DNA from: Candidatus Colwellbacteria bacterium
Lineage (GTDB): Bacteria > Patescibacteriota > Minisyncoccia > UBA6257 > Colwellbacteraceae
NCBI GenBank assembly: GCA_016176525.1
Contig: JACOWZ010000003.1
Location: 128,001-192,000, forward strand
Direction of reading: 5' to 3'
DNA length: 64,000 bases
In this document: piece after piece, positions 1 to 8,523 of the stretch
How positions within the stretch are numbered: the stretch's first letter is position 1
Layout of the letters: each line of letters starts with the position of its first letter
Notes under the pieces: generated by a model
Told to the model about the DNA's origin: nothing
The model's input: only the letters and a program-made list of their open reading frames with translations
Database searches by the model: none
Position numbers and translations under genes: made by a program

Positions 1-1
1 G

Positions 2-463
2 GTAACATTTTCTCCAAAAACAAAAGGCGGAACAACTGCTTTTGATAAAAGAATGATTGCTCGGGCTGCAAAAATAGCCGAATCCAGCTCCGACTGGTGG
101 AGGCAAGTCGGGGCACTTATCGTAAAAAATGGAAAGGTGATATTAGAATCTTTTAACAAACATGTGCCGTCTCAAGATATGCCGTATATAGACGGAGACC
201 CGCGGGATTTCATAGAAGCGGGCAAATCAACCGACATTACAACTGTACTGCACGCCGAGCAGGGCCTTGTTTCGGAGGCGGCAAACCGCGGAATAAGCCT
301 TAAAGGCGCGTCGCTCTATATAACAACATTCCCGTGCGCACTTTGCGCAAAAGCTATAGCTTACGCTGGCGTAAAAAAGTGCTACTTCCGCGAGGGCTGG
401 GCAAACCTAGACGGCGAGAGAATTTTAAAATTAAAGGGCGTAGAAATTATACAAGTAAAATAA
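2..463 (+). CDS. comEB: dCMP deaminase (cytidine/deoxycytidylate deaminase family); 5' end probably outside the window
   Basis: Zinc-binding motifs HAEQ and PCALCA. The frame is open back to position 2. M53 aligns with an internal Met of homologs. Confidence 0.7.
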   Translation, partial: VTFSPKTKGGTTAFDKRMIARAAKIAESSSDWWRQVGALIVKNGKVILESFNKHVPSQDMPYIDGDPRDFIEAGKSTDITTVLHAEQGLVSEAANRGISLKGASLYITTFPCALCAKAIAYAGVKKCYFREGWANLDGERILKLKGVEIIQVK

Positions 464-465
464 AA

Positions 466-494
466 GGCCTCTCGTTTGAGAGGCTTGCCATTTT
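466..494. terminator. Bidirectional intrinsic terminator between convergent genes
   Basis: A-run, 7-bp stem GGCCTCTC/GAGAGGC with GTTT loop, then TTTT. Confidence 0.5.
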
Positions 495-495
495 A

Positions 496-1002
496 CTACC
501 CAATCGGGAAGTAGACAGCAGCTGGGTAGAACTTTCGTCTGCTACCGTCTACATCAACAAGCAGTGTTGGCTTTTCGTCTTCCCCCGGAATGCGCGGCAC
601 GATTAAATGCACGTGAGGGTGCATAATTGTGGCGCCGGAGAGTCTTGGATCACCAAAGCGCATACACAAGCCCCCGCCGGTTATATTTAATTTCTCGCGT
701 AGCGCACCGGCAACGCCGAACATATCCAACACATCCCTTTCCTGTATGTCACCCGTCGCATGCCAACGCGGCATAATAAGGAAATGATACTGCGGCGAAT
801 TACCACTCCAGTCCTTTGTCGGGTACTGGTTTTGTACTGCGATCCAACCACCGTGTTCTGCAATAACACGTTCTGGAGCTTGAAACTCCGGCTTACAGAA
901 TGGGCACTCGCCTGTTTTTTGCGCTTCCTGAAGCTTCTCGGCGTACTCTCCGCCGTACTGAACGTTGGCAACTACTGGTTCGTCTCCCGTGTTTATTCCT
1001 CC
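496..1002 (-). CDS. HIT-family (histidine triad) protein, GalT-like with CPFC zinc motif; paralog 1 lacks a canonical start codon
   Basis: C-terminal 92 aa (MPRWH...HPHVHLIVP...VYFPIG) are in the ORF track. Hand translation of 775-1002 in the same frame continues the homology to the neighbouring paralog (CPFCKPEF...GGWIAVQNQYP...YHFLIM). There is no ATG/GTG/TTG in that stretch. A GGAGGA Shine-Dalgarno sits right after the upstream stop. Confidence 0.5.
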   Translation of the reverse strand, partial: GGINTGDEPVVANVQYGGEYAEKLQEAQKTGECPFCKPEFQAPERVIAEHGGWIAVQNQYPTKDWSGNSPQYHFLIMPRWHATGDIQERDVLDMFGVAGALREKLNITGGGLCMRFGDPRLSGATIMHPHVHLIVPRIPGEDEKPTLLVDVDGSRRKFYPAAVYFPIG

Positions 1003-1170
1003 TTATATAGAGCTGCTAACAAAATACTAATTATTATGTTAGAATTCAAGTAGATCTTGCATGCAGGTTGTACAACAAATAGCAATGGTGGAGTGCCCGA
1101 CCTGTAGAGACCTTGTCTGTAAGCCGCCGGAGGGGCAAACCGAATGCAATCGTTGTCTCTCACGGAACAA

Positions 1171-1207
1171 GGGGCGATGAATCGTAAGATTCCGCCCCAT
1201 TTTTTTA
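1171..1207. terminator. Hairpin GGGGCG..CGCCCC followed by ATTTTTTTATCC
   Basis: GC stem plus T-run seen in sequence. The same TTTTTTTATCC tail recurs at 16202 and 17149. Confidence 0.45.
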
Positions 1208-1642
1208 TCCTATCGGGAAATATACTGCTTTAGCTCTGCCGCGCGAAACTTTTGGCACAATTAAGTGAGCGTGGAGATGGCGAACGGTAGCGCCTGTGTG
1301 TGTTGAGTCCCCAAAGCGCATAATAAACCCCCCGCCTTTAATCGAAAATTCTTTTATAACCCACTTAACTAAATAAGAAATATACCGCCAATCATTCGCA
1401 GTCACCTCTTTAAATTGCTCCTTATGTTTCGGCGCAACCATAATAAAGTGATATTTGCTATTTTTATATGGTTGCATGCTCTCGGTAATAATCCAGCCGC
1501 CGCGCACGCGCAATATCGGCTTTTTATGCCACTTAAAATGTTTTGGACAAAAAGGGCAAACACGAGATTCATTAATCTCTGTTAGTACTTCTTTGTAATA
1601 TTCGCTTTTTGCGTAACGCTTGTCTATAAACTTGTTGGCCAT
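1205..1642 (-). CDS. HIT-family protein paralog 2 (CPFCP zinc motif, HLHAHLIVP triad)
   Basis: HxHxHxx motif; ends VYFPIG like paralog 1. Confidence 0.8.
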   Translation of the reverse strand: MANKFIDKRYAKSEYYKEVLTEINESRVCPFCPKHFKWHKKPILRVRGGWIITESMQPYKNSKYHFIMVAPKHKEQFKEVTANDWRYISYLVKWVIKEFSIKGGGFIMRFGDSTHTGATVRHLHAHLIVPKVSRGRAKAVYFPIG

Positions 1643-1653
1643 CAGCTATTAAA

Positions 1654-2481
1654 TTATAGCGCAACCGGAATTTTTATAGGCGGGTGCGGGTCGTAGTCTA
1701 AAAGCTCAAAGTCTTCAAATTTAAAGTCAAAAATATTTTTAACGTCGGGGTTAATCTTTACGCGCGGCAGTTTGCGGGGCTCGCGTGTAAGCAACTGCTT
1801 AACTGGTTCAATTTGGTCCAAATATATATGCGTATCGGACAATGTATGAATAAATTCTTTTGGTTTTAGACCCGTAGCCTGCGCTACCATCATCAAAAGA
1901 AGCGTATACTCTGCAATATTAAATGGCACGCCTATAGGCACATCTGCTGATCTCTGGAAAAGATGCAGGCTCAAATTGCCGTTTGAGTGGAAAAACTGGA
2001 AAAAGCAGTGGCATGGTGCGACAAAAACTTTCTCTACATCCACAGGGTTCCAAGAGCTTACAATCCATCTGCGAGAATCCGGATTTTTCTTGAGCCCATC
2101 TATAACCAAAGAGATTTGGTCAATAGGTTTATCTCCCCCGCCATCAAATGCCCTCCACTGTTTGCCGTAAATCGGCCCAAGTTCGCCGGGCGGTAGCCCC
2201 ATTTGTTTGCAAATCTCCGGGGTTGCCCATATGTCCCAAAGTTTTACACCGTGTTTGTTTAAATCTGCCACCTTAGTGGAACCGGATAAAAACCAAAGGA
2301 GCTCATAAACCATCGCTTTCCAAGAACCCTTCATAGAGCGCGTTGTAATTAATGGAAAACCATCATCTAAATTAAAGCGCATCTGGTAGCCACATACACC
2401 GATGTTACCCACACCCTGTGGGTCGGTTTTCTTAGTGCCGTTTTTTAGAACATGCTCAACTAAATCTAAGTATTGCCGCAT
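1654..2481 (-). CDS. thyA: Thymidylate synthase ThyA
   Basis: Full-length similarity including the PCHxxFQF active-site region and DxxxGxPFN. Confidence 0.9.
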   Translation of the reverse strand: MRQYLDLVEHVLKNGTKKTDPQGVGNIGVCGYQMRFNLDDGFPLITTRSMKGSWKAMVYELLWFLSGSTKVADLNKHGVKLWDIWATPEICKQMGLPPGELGPIYGKQWRAFDGGGDKPIDQISLVIDGLKKNPDSRRWIVSSWNPVDVEKVFVAPCHCFFQFFHSNGNLSLHLFQRSADVPIGVPFNIAEYTLLLMMVAQATGLKPKEFIHTLSDTHIYLDQIEPVKQLLTREPRKLPRVKINPDVKNIFDFKFEDFELLDYDPHPPIKIPVAL

Positions 2482-2483
2482 AA

Positions 2484-2858
2484 TTAATTAATACCCAACA
2501 ACGTTTTAACTTTTGAGACAACCTCTTCAAGCTTCCAATTTGTTTTTACCAAAAAGGTAAATACACCATGCCTAATGCCTTCGTCCACACTTGTCGCAGA
2601 AGAAAGGTTAGTAAGAATCACCACTTTAGCGCTTTTACCCCATTCATCTTTTCTTAGTTCCCTTAGCATTGTTATGCCGTCCATTTTTGGCATTATAATA
2701 TCTAAAAGTATTAGATCTGGCTTATTTGACAGCGCATTTTTTAAACCCTCTTCGCCGTTTACGGCCTTTAGCACATTAAAGCCCTCTCGTCCAAACTTCT
2801 CGTATAAAACGTTTAAAAGAGGTAGCTCGTCTTCTACTATTAAAATAGTTTTGTTCAT
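2484..2858 (-). CDS. Single-domain response regulator (CheY-like receiver)
   Basis: IVEDE...[10 protein letters not shown]...K pattern. Confidence 0.8.
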   Translation of the reverse strand: MNKTILIVEDELPLLNVLYEKFGREGFNVLKAVNGEEGLKNALSNKPDLILLDIIMPKMDGITMLRELRKDEWGKSAKVVILTNLSSATSVDEGIRHGVFTFLVKTNWKLEEVVSKVKTLLGIN

Positions 2859-2870
2859 AAGTTAATTATA

Positions 2871-4283
2871 TCAAACCCCCCCCTCCGGCGAAAGTTTTCT
2901 GGTGCCAGATTTTTTCTCCATCCAGTTGACCGGCGCAGATATATAAAATGTAGTGCCTTTGTTTTCGACAGACTCAAACCAAATTCTGCCGGTGGTTTGG
3001 TCAAGAACTGATTTTATTATATACAAACCCAAGCCAGTTCCGCCAGAGTCAATAACACGTGCATTGTCCGCTCTAAAAAGTTTTTGAAATATTTTATTTT
3101 TTTGAGCCTCTGGAATGCCTATGCCCGTGTCCGATACCTTTATTAAAAGTTCTTTTTTGCCGCTCAAAGAAATATCAATATTAACTTTACCGCCTTCTGG
3201 AGTGTATTTAACGGCGTTAGATAATAGGTTTTGTAAGATTATGAGCACTAAATCTTTGTCTGCGGTAATCTTAGGAATCTTTGCACCATAATTTTCTATA
3301 AGCTCAATATTTTTCTTCTTCGCATCTATTCTTATTCCACTGCAAACACCTTTTGCAAAATCTTTAATATCTAATTGTTCCGGCTCCACAGTAAAAGAAC
3401 CTACTTCCAACCGCGACACATTTAGAAGTGCGTTTACAAGCTCAATCATGCGCCTGTTGCCTTCATTTACTTCTTCTAGATATTTCTTCTGGCTGATTGT
3501 TATTTTGCCAACGTCGCCGGAGAGAAGCATTTCTGTATACCAGCTTATTGCCGTAAGCGGGGTCCTTAATTGATGCGATGCTATAGCTATAAAATCTGCC
3601 TTTACTTTCTCAAGCTGAAGTTCTTCTGTAATATCTCTAAATACCAAGACAGCTCCTATTATTTTGCCGCTTAGAAATATCGGCGATACGGCCATATATA
3701 CGGGAAACTTATCTCCATTTCTCTTTTTTAAATATAAAGTGGTTTTTACCGAAACTGGGCCAGAAGAAACCATTTTTTTTAAACTAAAGGCCTTGCTGAT
3801 TAGCCTCTCTTTTTTGGGTAATTCTTTACCGTCTGCATTATATATATTTGTTATAGATAGCCAATTTTTGCCAATCATCTCATTATGCATAAAACCCAAC
3901 AATGTTTCAGCTGTCTCATTTACTTCAATCACATTATTATTTTCATCTATTGCAACAACGCCTTCTCCTATACTCGCCAAGATTGATTTTATTCTGGTGT
4001 TAATTGTTTCCAGCTCAACTTTCGTGATGTCTAGATCTTCTAAAATATTTAAAGCTGCAACTTTCGTATCTTCTAAATCTTTGTTTGCGCTAATCAGAGC
4101 TTGATTTCTTTCGTAGACTGCCTGTCTCGCCTCTTTAATTTCTGCCATAGACTTTTCAAAAGTTCTTGCTTCAGCGCCCAACCTCTCTAGCTTTTCTTTT
4201 AGCTTATTTCTACTTCTCCAAAAAAAGGATAAAATCCCCGCAAAAGCGGCTAAATTAAGCAATACAAATAGCAAAATTTGCAT
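2871..4283 (-). CDS. Sensor histidine kinase: N-terminal TM helix, coiled coil, PAS, HisKA, HATPase_c
   Basis: H-box ASHQLRTPL; G1/G2 boxes DTGIGIP and GTGLGL. Confidence 0.85.
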   Translation of the reverse strand: MQILLFVLLNLAAFAGILSFFWRSRNKLKEKLERLGAEARTFEKSMAEIKEARQAVYERNQALISANKDLEDTKVAALNILEDLDITKVELETINTRIKSILASIGEGVVAIDENNNVIEVNETAETLLGFMHNEMIGKNWLSITNIYNADGKELPKKERLISKAFSLKKMVSSGPVSVKTTLYLKKRNGDKFPVYMAVSPIFLSGKIIGAVLVFRDITEELQLEKVKADFIAIASHQLRTPLTAISWYTEMLLSGDVGKITISQKKYLEEVNEGNRRMIELVNALLNVSRLEVGSFTVEPEQLDIKDFAKGVCSGIRIDAKKKNIELIENYGAKIPKITADKDLVLIILQNLLSNAVKYTPEGGKVNIDISLSGKKELLIKVSDTGIGIPEAQKNKIFQKLFRADNARVIDSGGTGLGLYIIKSVLDQTTGRIWFESVENKGTTFYISAPVNWMEKKSGTRKLSPEGGV

Positions 4284-4289
4284 ATTCCT

Positions 4290-4661
4290 CTATTTTGCTT
4301 TTAAAAGCTGTGTTTTTACCTTTTCTATAACTTCTTTCAGCGGGTGGTTAGACTTTACAAAATAGTCCGCTGCACCAAGAGCCATTGATTTTTTAATATC
4401 TTCGTCGGTATCTAAGTTTGAAAGTATTATAACCGGCACCGATTTTAACTCTTCATCGTCTTTTATTTCTTTTAACACTTCGTACCCTCCTTTTTTGGGG
4501 AGTAAAAGATCTAAGAGCACGATATCCGGCTTAAATTCTTTGGCAGCTTTAAACGCAGAGCCTCCTTCGTAGACAACTTTTGTCTGATAACCTTCGTGCT
4601 TAAACTTATCGTCTAAGGCATCGGCTAAAGCCGCCTCATCTTCAACTATAAATATCTTCAT
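4290..4661 (-). CDS. Single-domain response regulator
   Basis: Receiver-domain motifs. C-terminal DYFVKSNHPLKEV is shared with the receiver of 4683-6746. Confidence 0.8.
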   Translation of the reverse strand: MKIFIVEDEAALADALDDKFKHEGYQTKVVYEGGSAFKAAKEFKPDIVLLDLLLPKKGGYEVLKEIKDDEELKSVPVIILSNLDTDEDIKKSMALGAADYFVKSNHPLKEVIEKVKTQLLKAK

Positions 4662-4682
4662 GGGGTTTATTATAGCACGCGC

Positions 4683-6746
4683 CTAAACGTCTGTCTGCCG
4701 CCGTATTTTTTTGATAATATCTTTAGTAATTTGGTCTCTAGCTTTAGTTCGCTCTTCTGTGATTTTTTGCGCTGCCTTTTTACGCTCTGCTTTAAATATC
4801 TTTTCTTTCTCGGCTCTAAGTTTCGCTTGATCGCGCACTTCATCTTCAGCAAGTATTGCCCGCGTTTTTGTGCGTTCTACACGAAGAGCCGCAGACGCCT
4901 TTGCGCGTTCTTTTGCAACCGCAGATGCAACACGGATTTTCGCCGCATGCACTGCCTCATGCGCCCTCTCGCGTACACTCCTTAAAAGTTTTTCTGTTTT
5001 TCGTGCGCGTGCGAGTGCAGCCTTTGCTCTTTCTTTCTCTGCTTTAATTTCGCCTTCGGCCTTGCTCTTTACAGCTTTTAGGCGCGCTTCTTCTAACTTC
5101 TTGTGAGCAGCTATACGCTTTGCTTTTTGATTCTTTAGGCGGGTTAATTCCAGTTTAACTTTTGCGAGCTCTTTTAAGATATCTCTTTCTTTCTTTTTCT
5201 CTTCCATTAAAGCGAATTTGGTTGCTTTATTTACTCCGCTTAGTTTGATTTTTTTCTTTAGCGCAGCAATTTTTGTCTTGGCTCTCTCTTTTTGGCTTGC
5301 AATCAACTTTGACTCTTTCTCTAGCGTTTTAATCGCCTCCCTCGCGCGCTCGCGCGCATCTCTAATCGCGGCTTTTGCTTTATGCCTTGCCTCTGCAATA
5401 CTTTTTTGCTTTTCTTTGGTTTTTTCCGCGAGAAGTTTTTTAACCCTTTCATGCTCTTTTGCAAGCGCAAGTTCCGCCTCTTCTTTCTCTTTCTCTGCCT
5501 GCTCGGCAGCTTTTTTAGCTTCAATAAGCGAAGAGTCGCGCAGGTCGCGCTCAACATGCGTAGATTCGGCAAGTTTTTCTTCTGCAGAAAGCGCTGCCGC
5601 TTCCGCTTTTCTCTTCTCTTCAAATATTGCCTCTTCTGCATCTTTCTTTAGTTTTGCAAGCGTCTCTTCTGCGCGCCTTCTTTCGTCTGCGAGCGCGGTT
5701 TCTGCGCGTTCGCGTTCAATTGCAAGCTTTTCTTCAGCTACCTTTTTCTCAACAAGCGCCGCCTCTGCCATTTGCTTTGCACGCTCTGCCTCCTCTGCTT
5801 TCTTTTTAGCCTCCACTAGGGCCTTGCGAGCTTTTTCTATCTCTGCAGCCGCGGCTTTGGATTTTTTCTTCTCGCGTAAAAGCGCTTCTTGAAGTTTAAC
5901 CTTTTCCCCAAGCACTTCTTCGGTCGAAGTTGCCTTTACCGCTTTCTCCTCTGCGCGCTTTTTCTCAATGGCAATAGAAGCAGTAGTTCTTTTTCTCTCT
6001 TCAACAAGCGCCGCTTCAGCCCGTCTGCGCTCTTCTTTAAGGGCTTCTTCTGCGCGCTTATGCTCTTTTTCAAGCGCTTCTTCTTTGCGCTTAGCTTCTT
6101 CTTCTATTTTTTTGTGTTCTACTTCTCTCTCTGCTTCTGCTCTCTCGCGCTCTTTTGCTGAAGCCTCGGCCGCCCTTGCCCTCTCGGCTTCATGTGCTGC
6201 TTCTCTCTTTCTTCTCTCTTCTGCAAGCGCCTTTGCTGCATGCTTTCGCTCTGCATCAAGTGCTTCGCGAGCTTGGGCCTTTTCTTTTTCGTGCGCAGCT
6301 TCTTCCTCTTTATGGCGTTTTACCTCTAGCGCAGTTTTCGCATCTTCAATATCGGCAGTAGTTGGCAGCTGCACCCCGGCGCGCTCCATTATTTCACTAG
6401 CTTTCTCTACAACTTCTTTCAACGGATGGCTAGCTTTAACAAAATAATCCACAGCGCCCAACCGCAAGGCGCGTTTAATATCTTCATCGTTGCCGAGGTT
6501 TGAGAGCATTATTACATCGGCTTTCTTAAGCTCGTTGTCTCTTTTTAGTTCTTGTAAAACTTCAAAACCGTCTTTTATCGGCAACAGAATATCCAGCAAT
6601 ATAACATCTGGCAAAAAACGCCTTGCAATATCTACAGCCTCGCCGCCATTTTGCGCAATTTCAGCCTCAAAACCACTTGTTATAAATTTATCGCGTAAAG
6701 CTTCGGCGAGCGCAACCTCATCTTCTACAATAAGAACTTTCGCCAT
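4683..6746 (-). CDS. Response-regulator receiver domain fused to a ~550-aa highly charged E/K/R/A-rich helical (coiled-coil or single alpha-helix) region
   Basis: N-terminal 125 aa is a CheY-like receiver (VEDE...LLDILLP). The rest is low-complexity AEEKR repeats. Long + strand S/A/F-rich ORFs are mirror-image artifacts. Confidence 0.75.
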   Translation of the reverse strand: MAKVLIVEDEVALAEALRDKFITSGFEAEIAQNGGEAVDIARRFLPDVILLDILLPIKDGFEVLQELKRDNELKKADVIMLSNLGNDEDIKRALRLGAVDYFVKASHPLKEVVEKASEIMERAGVQLPTTADIEDAKTALEVKRHKEEEAAHEKEKAQAREALDAERKHAAKALAEERRKREAAHEAERARAAEASAKERERAEAEREVEHKKIEEEAKRKEEALEKEHKRAEEALKEERRRAEAALVEERKRTTASIAIEKKRAEEKAVKATSTEEVLGEKVKLQEALLREKKKSKAAAAEIEKARKALVEAKKKAEEAERAKQMAEAALVEKKVAEEKLAIERERAETALADERRRAEETLAKLKKDAEEAIFEEKRKAEAAALSAEEKLAESTHVERDLRDSSLIEAKKAAEQAEKEKEEAELALAKEHERVKKLLAEKTKEKQKSIAEARHKAKAAIRDARERAREAIKTLEKESKLIASQKERAKTKIAALKKKIKLSGVNKATKFALMEEKKKERDILKELAKVKLELTRLKNQKAKRIAAHKKLEEARLKAVKSKAEGEIKAEKERAKAALARARKTEKLLRSVRERAHEAVHAAKIRVASAVAKERAKASAALRVERTKTRAILAEDEVRDQAKLRAEKEKIFKAERKKAAQKITEERTKARDQITKDIIKKIRRQTDV

Positions 6747-6767
6747 ATTTAGATTTTAATTTTACTT

Positions 6768-8504
6768 TTACTTTTCAATTTCACCAATTTGTTCGCCTAT
6801 ATATTTGGCAGAATTTGCCGTGTTTTCTTTAAGGCGCAAAAGCATGGTTTTAATTTCGCGTGCTTCGCGCTCGTCAATCTTTTGGTCGGCATATTTTACC
6901 ATAATAGCGTCAATTTCTTTTTCAACATTCTTAAAGGCATTTACCACATCGCGGCGGGTAATAAACAAATCTCTTGATCTTTTTTCAGAGAGCTTTTTTT
7001 CAAACCAAAAGCCGCCTGCAAATGCCCCAGCAAGGAAAATTATAGCAAGAACAAAAAACCAAGTTTTTGAAATGTCTATGCCAAAGAGAGATAAGAGAGG
7101 CTTGTCTTTAACAGTTATCTTACTTGTTTCTGCAGGCAAGCTCTGCGCACCGCGGGAATCAACTGTGGTTGCAAGTATCACATAATTGCCGCGCCTAATT
7201 GAGGCCTCGCTAAATTCGCCGCTCCAATTTCCGAGCGGGTCAACAGCTACATCTTTTTGCGCCGCTACATCTCCGCGTTCCGAGCGCAGGACAAGGCGCA
7301 CTTTCTCTTCGGCAAGCGCAGTGCCAGCAATGCTAATATTCTGCTCATCTAAAATTACTCTCTCACTAAAAAACGTAATAACAGGAGACTCAATCGGCAA
7401 AATTTCTATATCCAAACTTGCTTCTGTTCTATTGCCTGCGTTATCAACCGCGGCAACAACTATCGTGTGCGCCCCGGGCGGAAGAGGTTTAATTTTATAA
7501 GTTGTTTCGTTGGTGTATTCCACTTCGCCGCCTATCGCACGGATTGCATAGTGTTCTAATCCCGACAAATCGTCGCCAGATTGATAAGTGAGTGTTGGCG
7601 ATGGGTTGTCTGTTACACCATCGACATCTGAACTAATATTGAATTCTACAGGTGGTGCCGTATCTATTGCTATTCTATAGTGTGTTGTGGGGCCCCAGCC
7701 AATATTATTGCGAAAGCGCACATGGAGATACCAAATGCCGTCATCAAGCGGCACAAATTCGCGCGCTTCAAAAAGGCCTTCGGAGGTTACAGGGCTTGAT
7801 GTAGGTATTTTGTTTATCAGCGTATCTACATTTGTTACATCATCTGGTAAGCTCCAAATTGCGGAAAACTTTGATTTTATATTAAACCAGCCCTCGGGGT
7901 CGGGATAAAGCGGCACCTGAACTTCCGGTTTAACAGGCAGATTGCCTGTTGGCACAGCGGGGCGCTCAATTTGCACAGGCGGAGCAACCGGAGAGGGTGT
8001 TACGCCCGGCACAACTTGTGAACCGGCTAAAATATTAACTGTTACACCCTGAAATTCGCGGAGCACATTGGTGCCACTGCCATCCGAGGCAGTTACGGCA
8101 CCATCTAGAAAGGTAATATTGCCTTCTCCGCCGCCCTTAACCCTAAATGTAATATTTAAAACCTGAAGTGACTGGCCGGATTTGCCAGAAGTTGCCCCGC
8201 CAACGAAAGTGACTCTGCCTTCAGTGTTATCAAATGCAGGCTCCTCTAACCAAAAATTAAAAATAGAATCGGTTTTACTCAGACTTGTTACCTCTAAAAT
8301 ACTCGTAGGAAAACTTATTGCAGCTTCGGCAGCGTTCACGCCAATCCCTTCTGAATTTATCTGGACATCAACTGTTATTGTATCCCCAATAGCTGCTGTT
8401 TCTTTGTCAGATGAAAGCTTTAAAATAGCCGCGCTTGCAGTATTTACTCCAAAAAACACTGTAAACGTTGCCGCTACCAAAACTAGTCTTAAAAATTTAT
8501 TCAT
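6768..8504 (-). CDS. Cell-surface protein: signal peptide, cohesin-like domain, Ig/FN-like beta domains, C-terminal TM anchor and charged cytoplasmic tail
   Basis: N-terminal MNKFLRLVLVAATFTVFFGVNTASA. Cohesin-like segment (ITVDVQIN...ISFPTSILEV...ITFRVKG). TM helix WFFVLAIIFLAGAFAGGFWF near the C-terminus. Confidence 0.6.
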   Translation of the reverse strand: MNKFLRLVLVAATFTVFFGVNTASAAILKLSSDKETAAIGDTITVDVQINSEGIGVNAAEAAISFPTSILEVTSLSKTDSIFNFWLEEPAFDNTEGRVTFVGGATSGKSGQSLQVLNITFRVKGGGEGNITFLDGAVTASDGSGTNVLREFQGVTVNILAGSQVVPGVTPSPVAPPVQIERPAVPTGNLPVKPEVQVPLYPDPEGWFNIKSKFSAIWSLPDDVTNVDTLINKIPTSSPVTSEGLFEAREFVPLDDGIWYLHVRFRNNIGWGPTTHYRIAIDTAPPVEFNISSDVDGVTDNPSPTLTYQSGDDLSGLEHYAIRAIGGEVEYTNETTYKIKPLPPGAHTIVVAAVDNAGNRTEASLDIEILPIESPVITFFSERVILDEQNISIAGTALAEEKVRLVLRSERGDVAAQKDVAVDPLGNWSGEFSEASIRRGNYVILATTVDSRGAQSLPAETSKITVKDKPLLSLFGIDISKTWFFVLAIIFLAGAFAGGFWFEKKLSEKRSRDLFITRRDVVNAFKNVEKEIDAIMVKYADQKIDEREAREIKTMLLRLKENTANSAKYIGEQIGEIEK

Positions 8505-8523
8505 AATTCTAATATTAAGTATA

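Noticed and set aside
760-1053. 97-aa + strand ORF between HIT paralog 1 and its missing N-terminus
   Set aside because: The opposite strand in this interval encodes clear HIT-family homology (CPFC..GGWI..YHF). The + strand ORF is therefore spurious.
4670-4852. 60-aa minus-strand ORF overlapping the 3' end of 4683-6746
   Set aside because: Alternative frame within a real gene, Lys/Arg-rich junk.
5218-6447. Long + strand ORFs (224, 159, 90 aa, S/A/F/L-rich) inside gene 4683-6746
   Set aside because: Mirror-image artifacts of the low-complexity GAA/AAG/GCN-rich coding strand opposite. No independent start or RBS signals; composition is nonsense-like.
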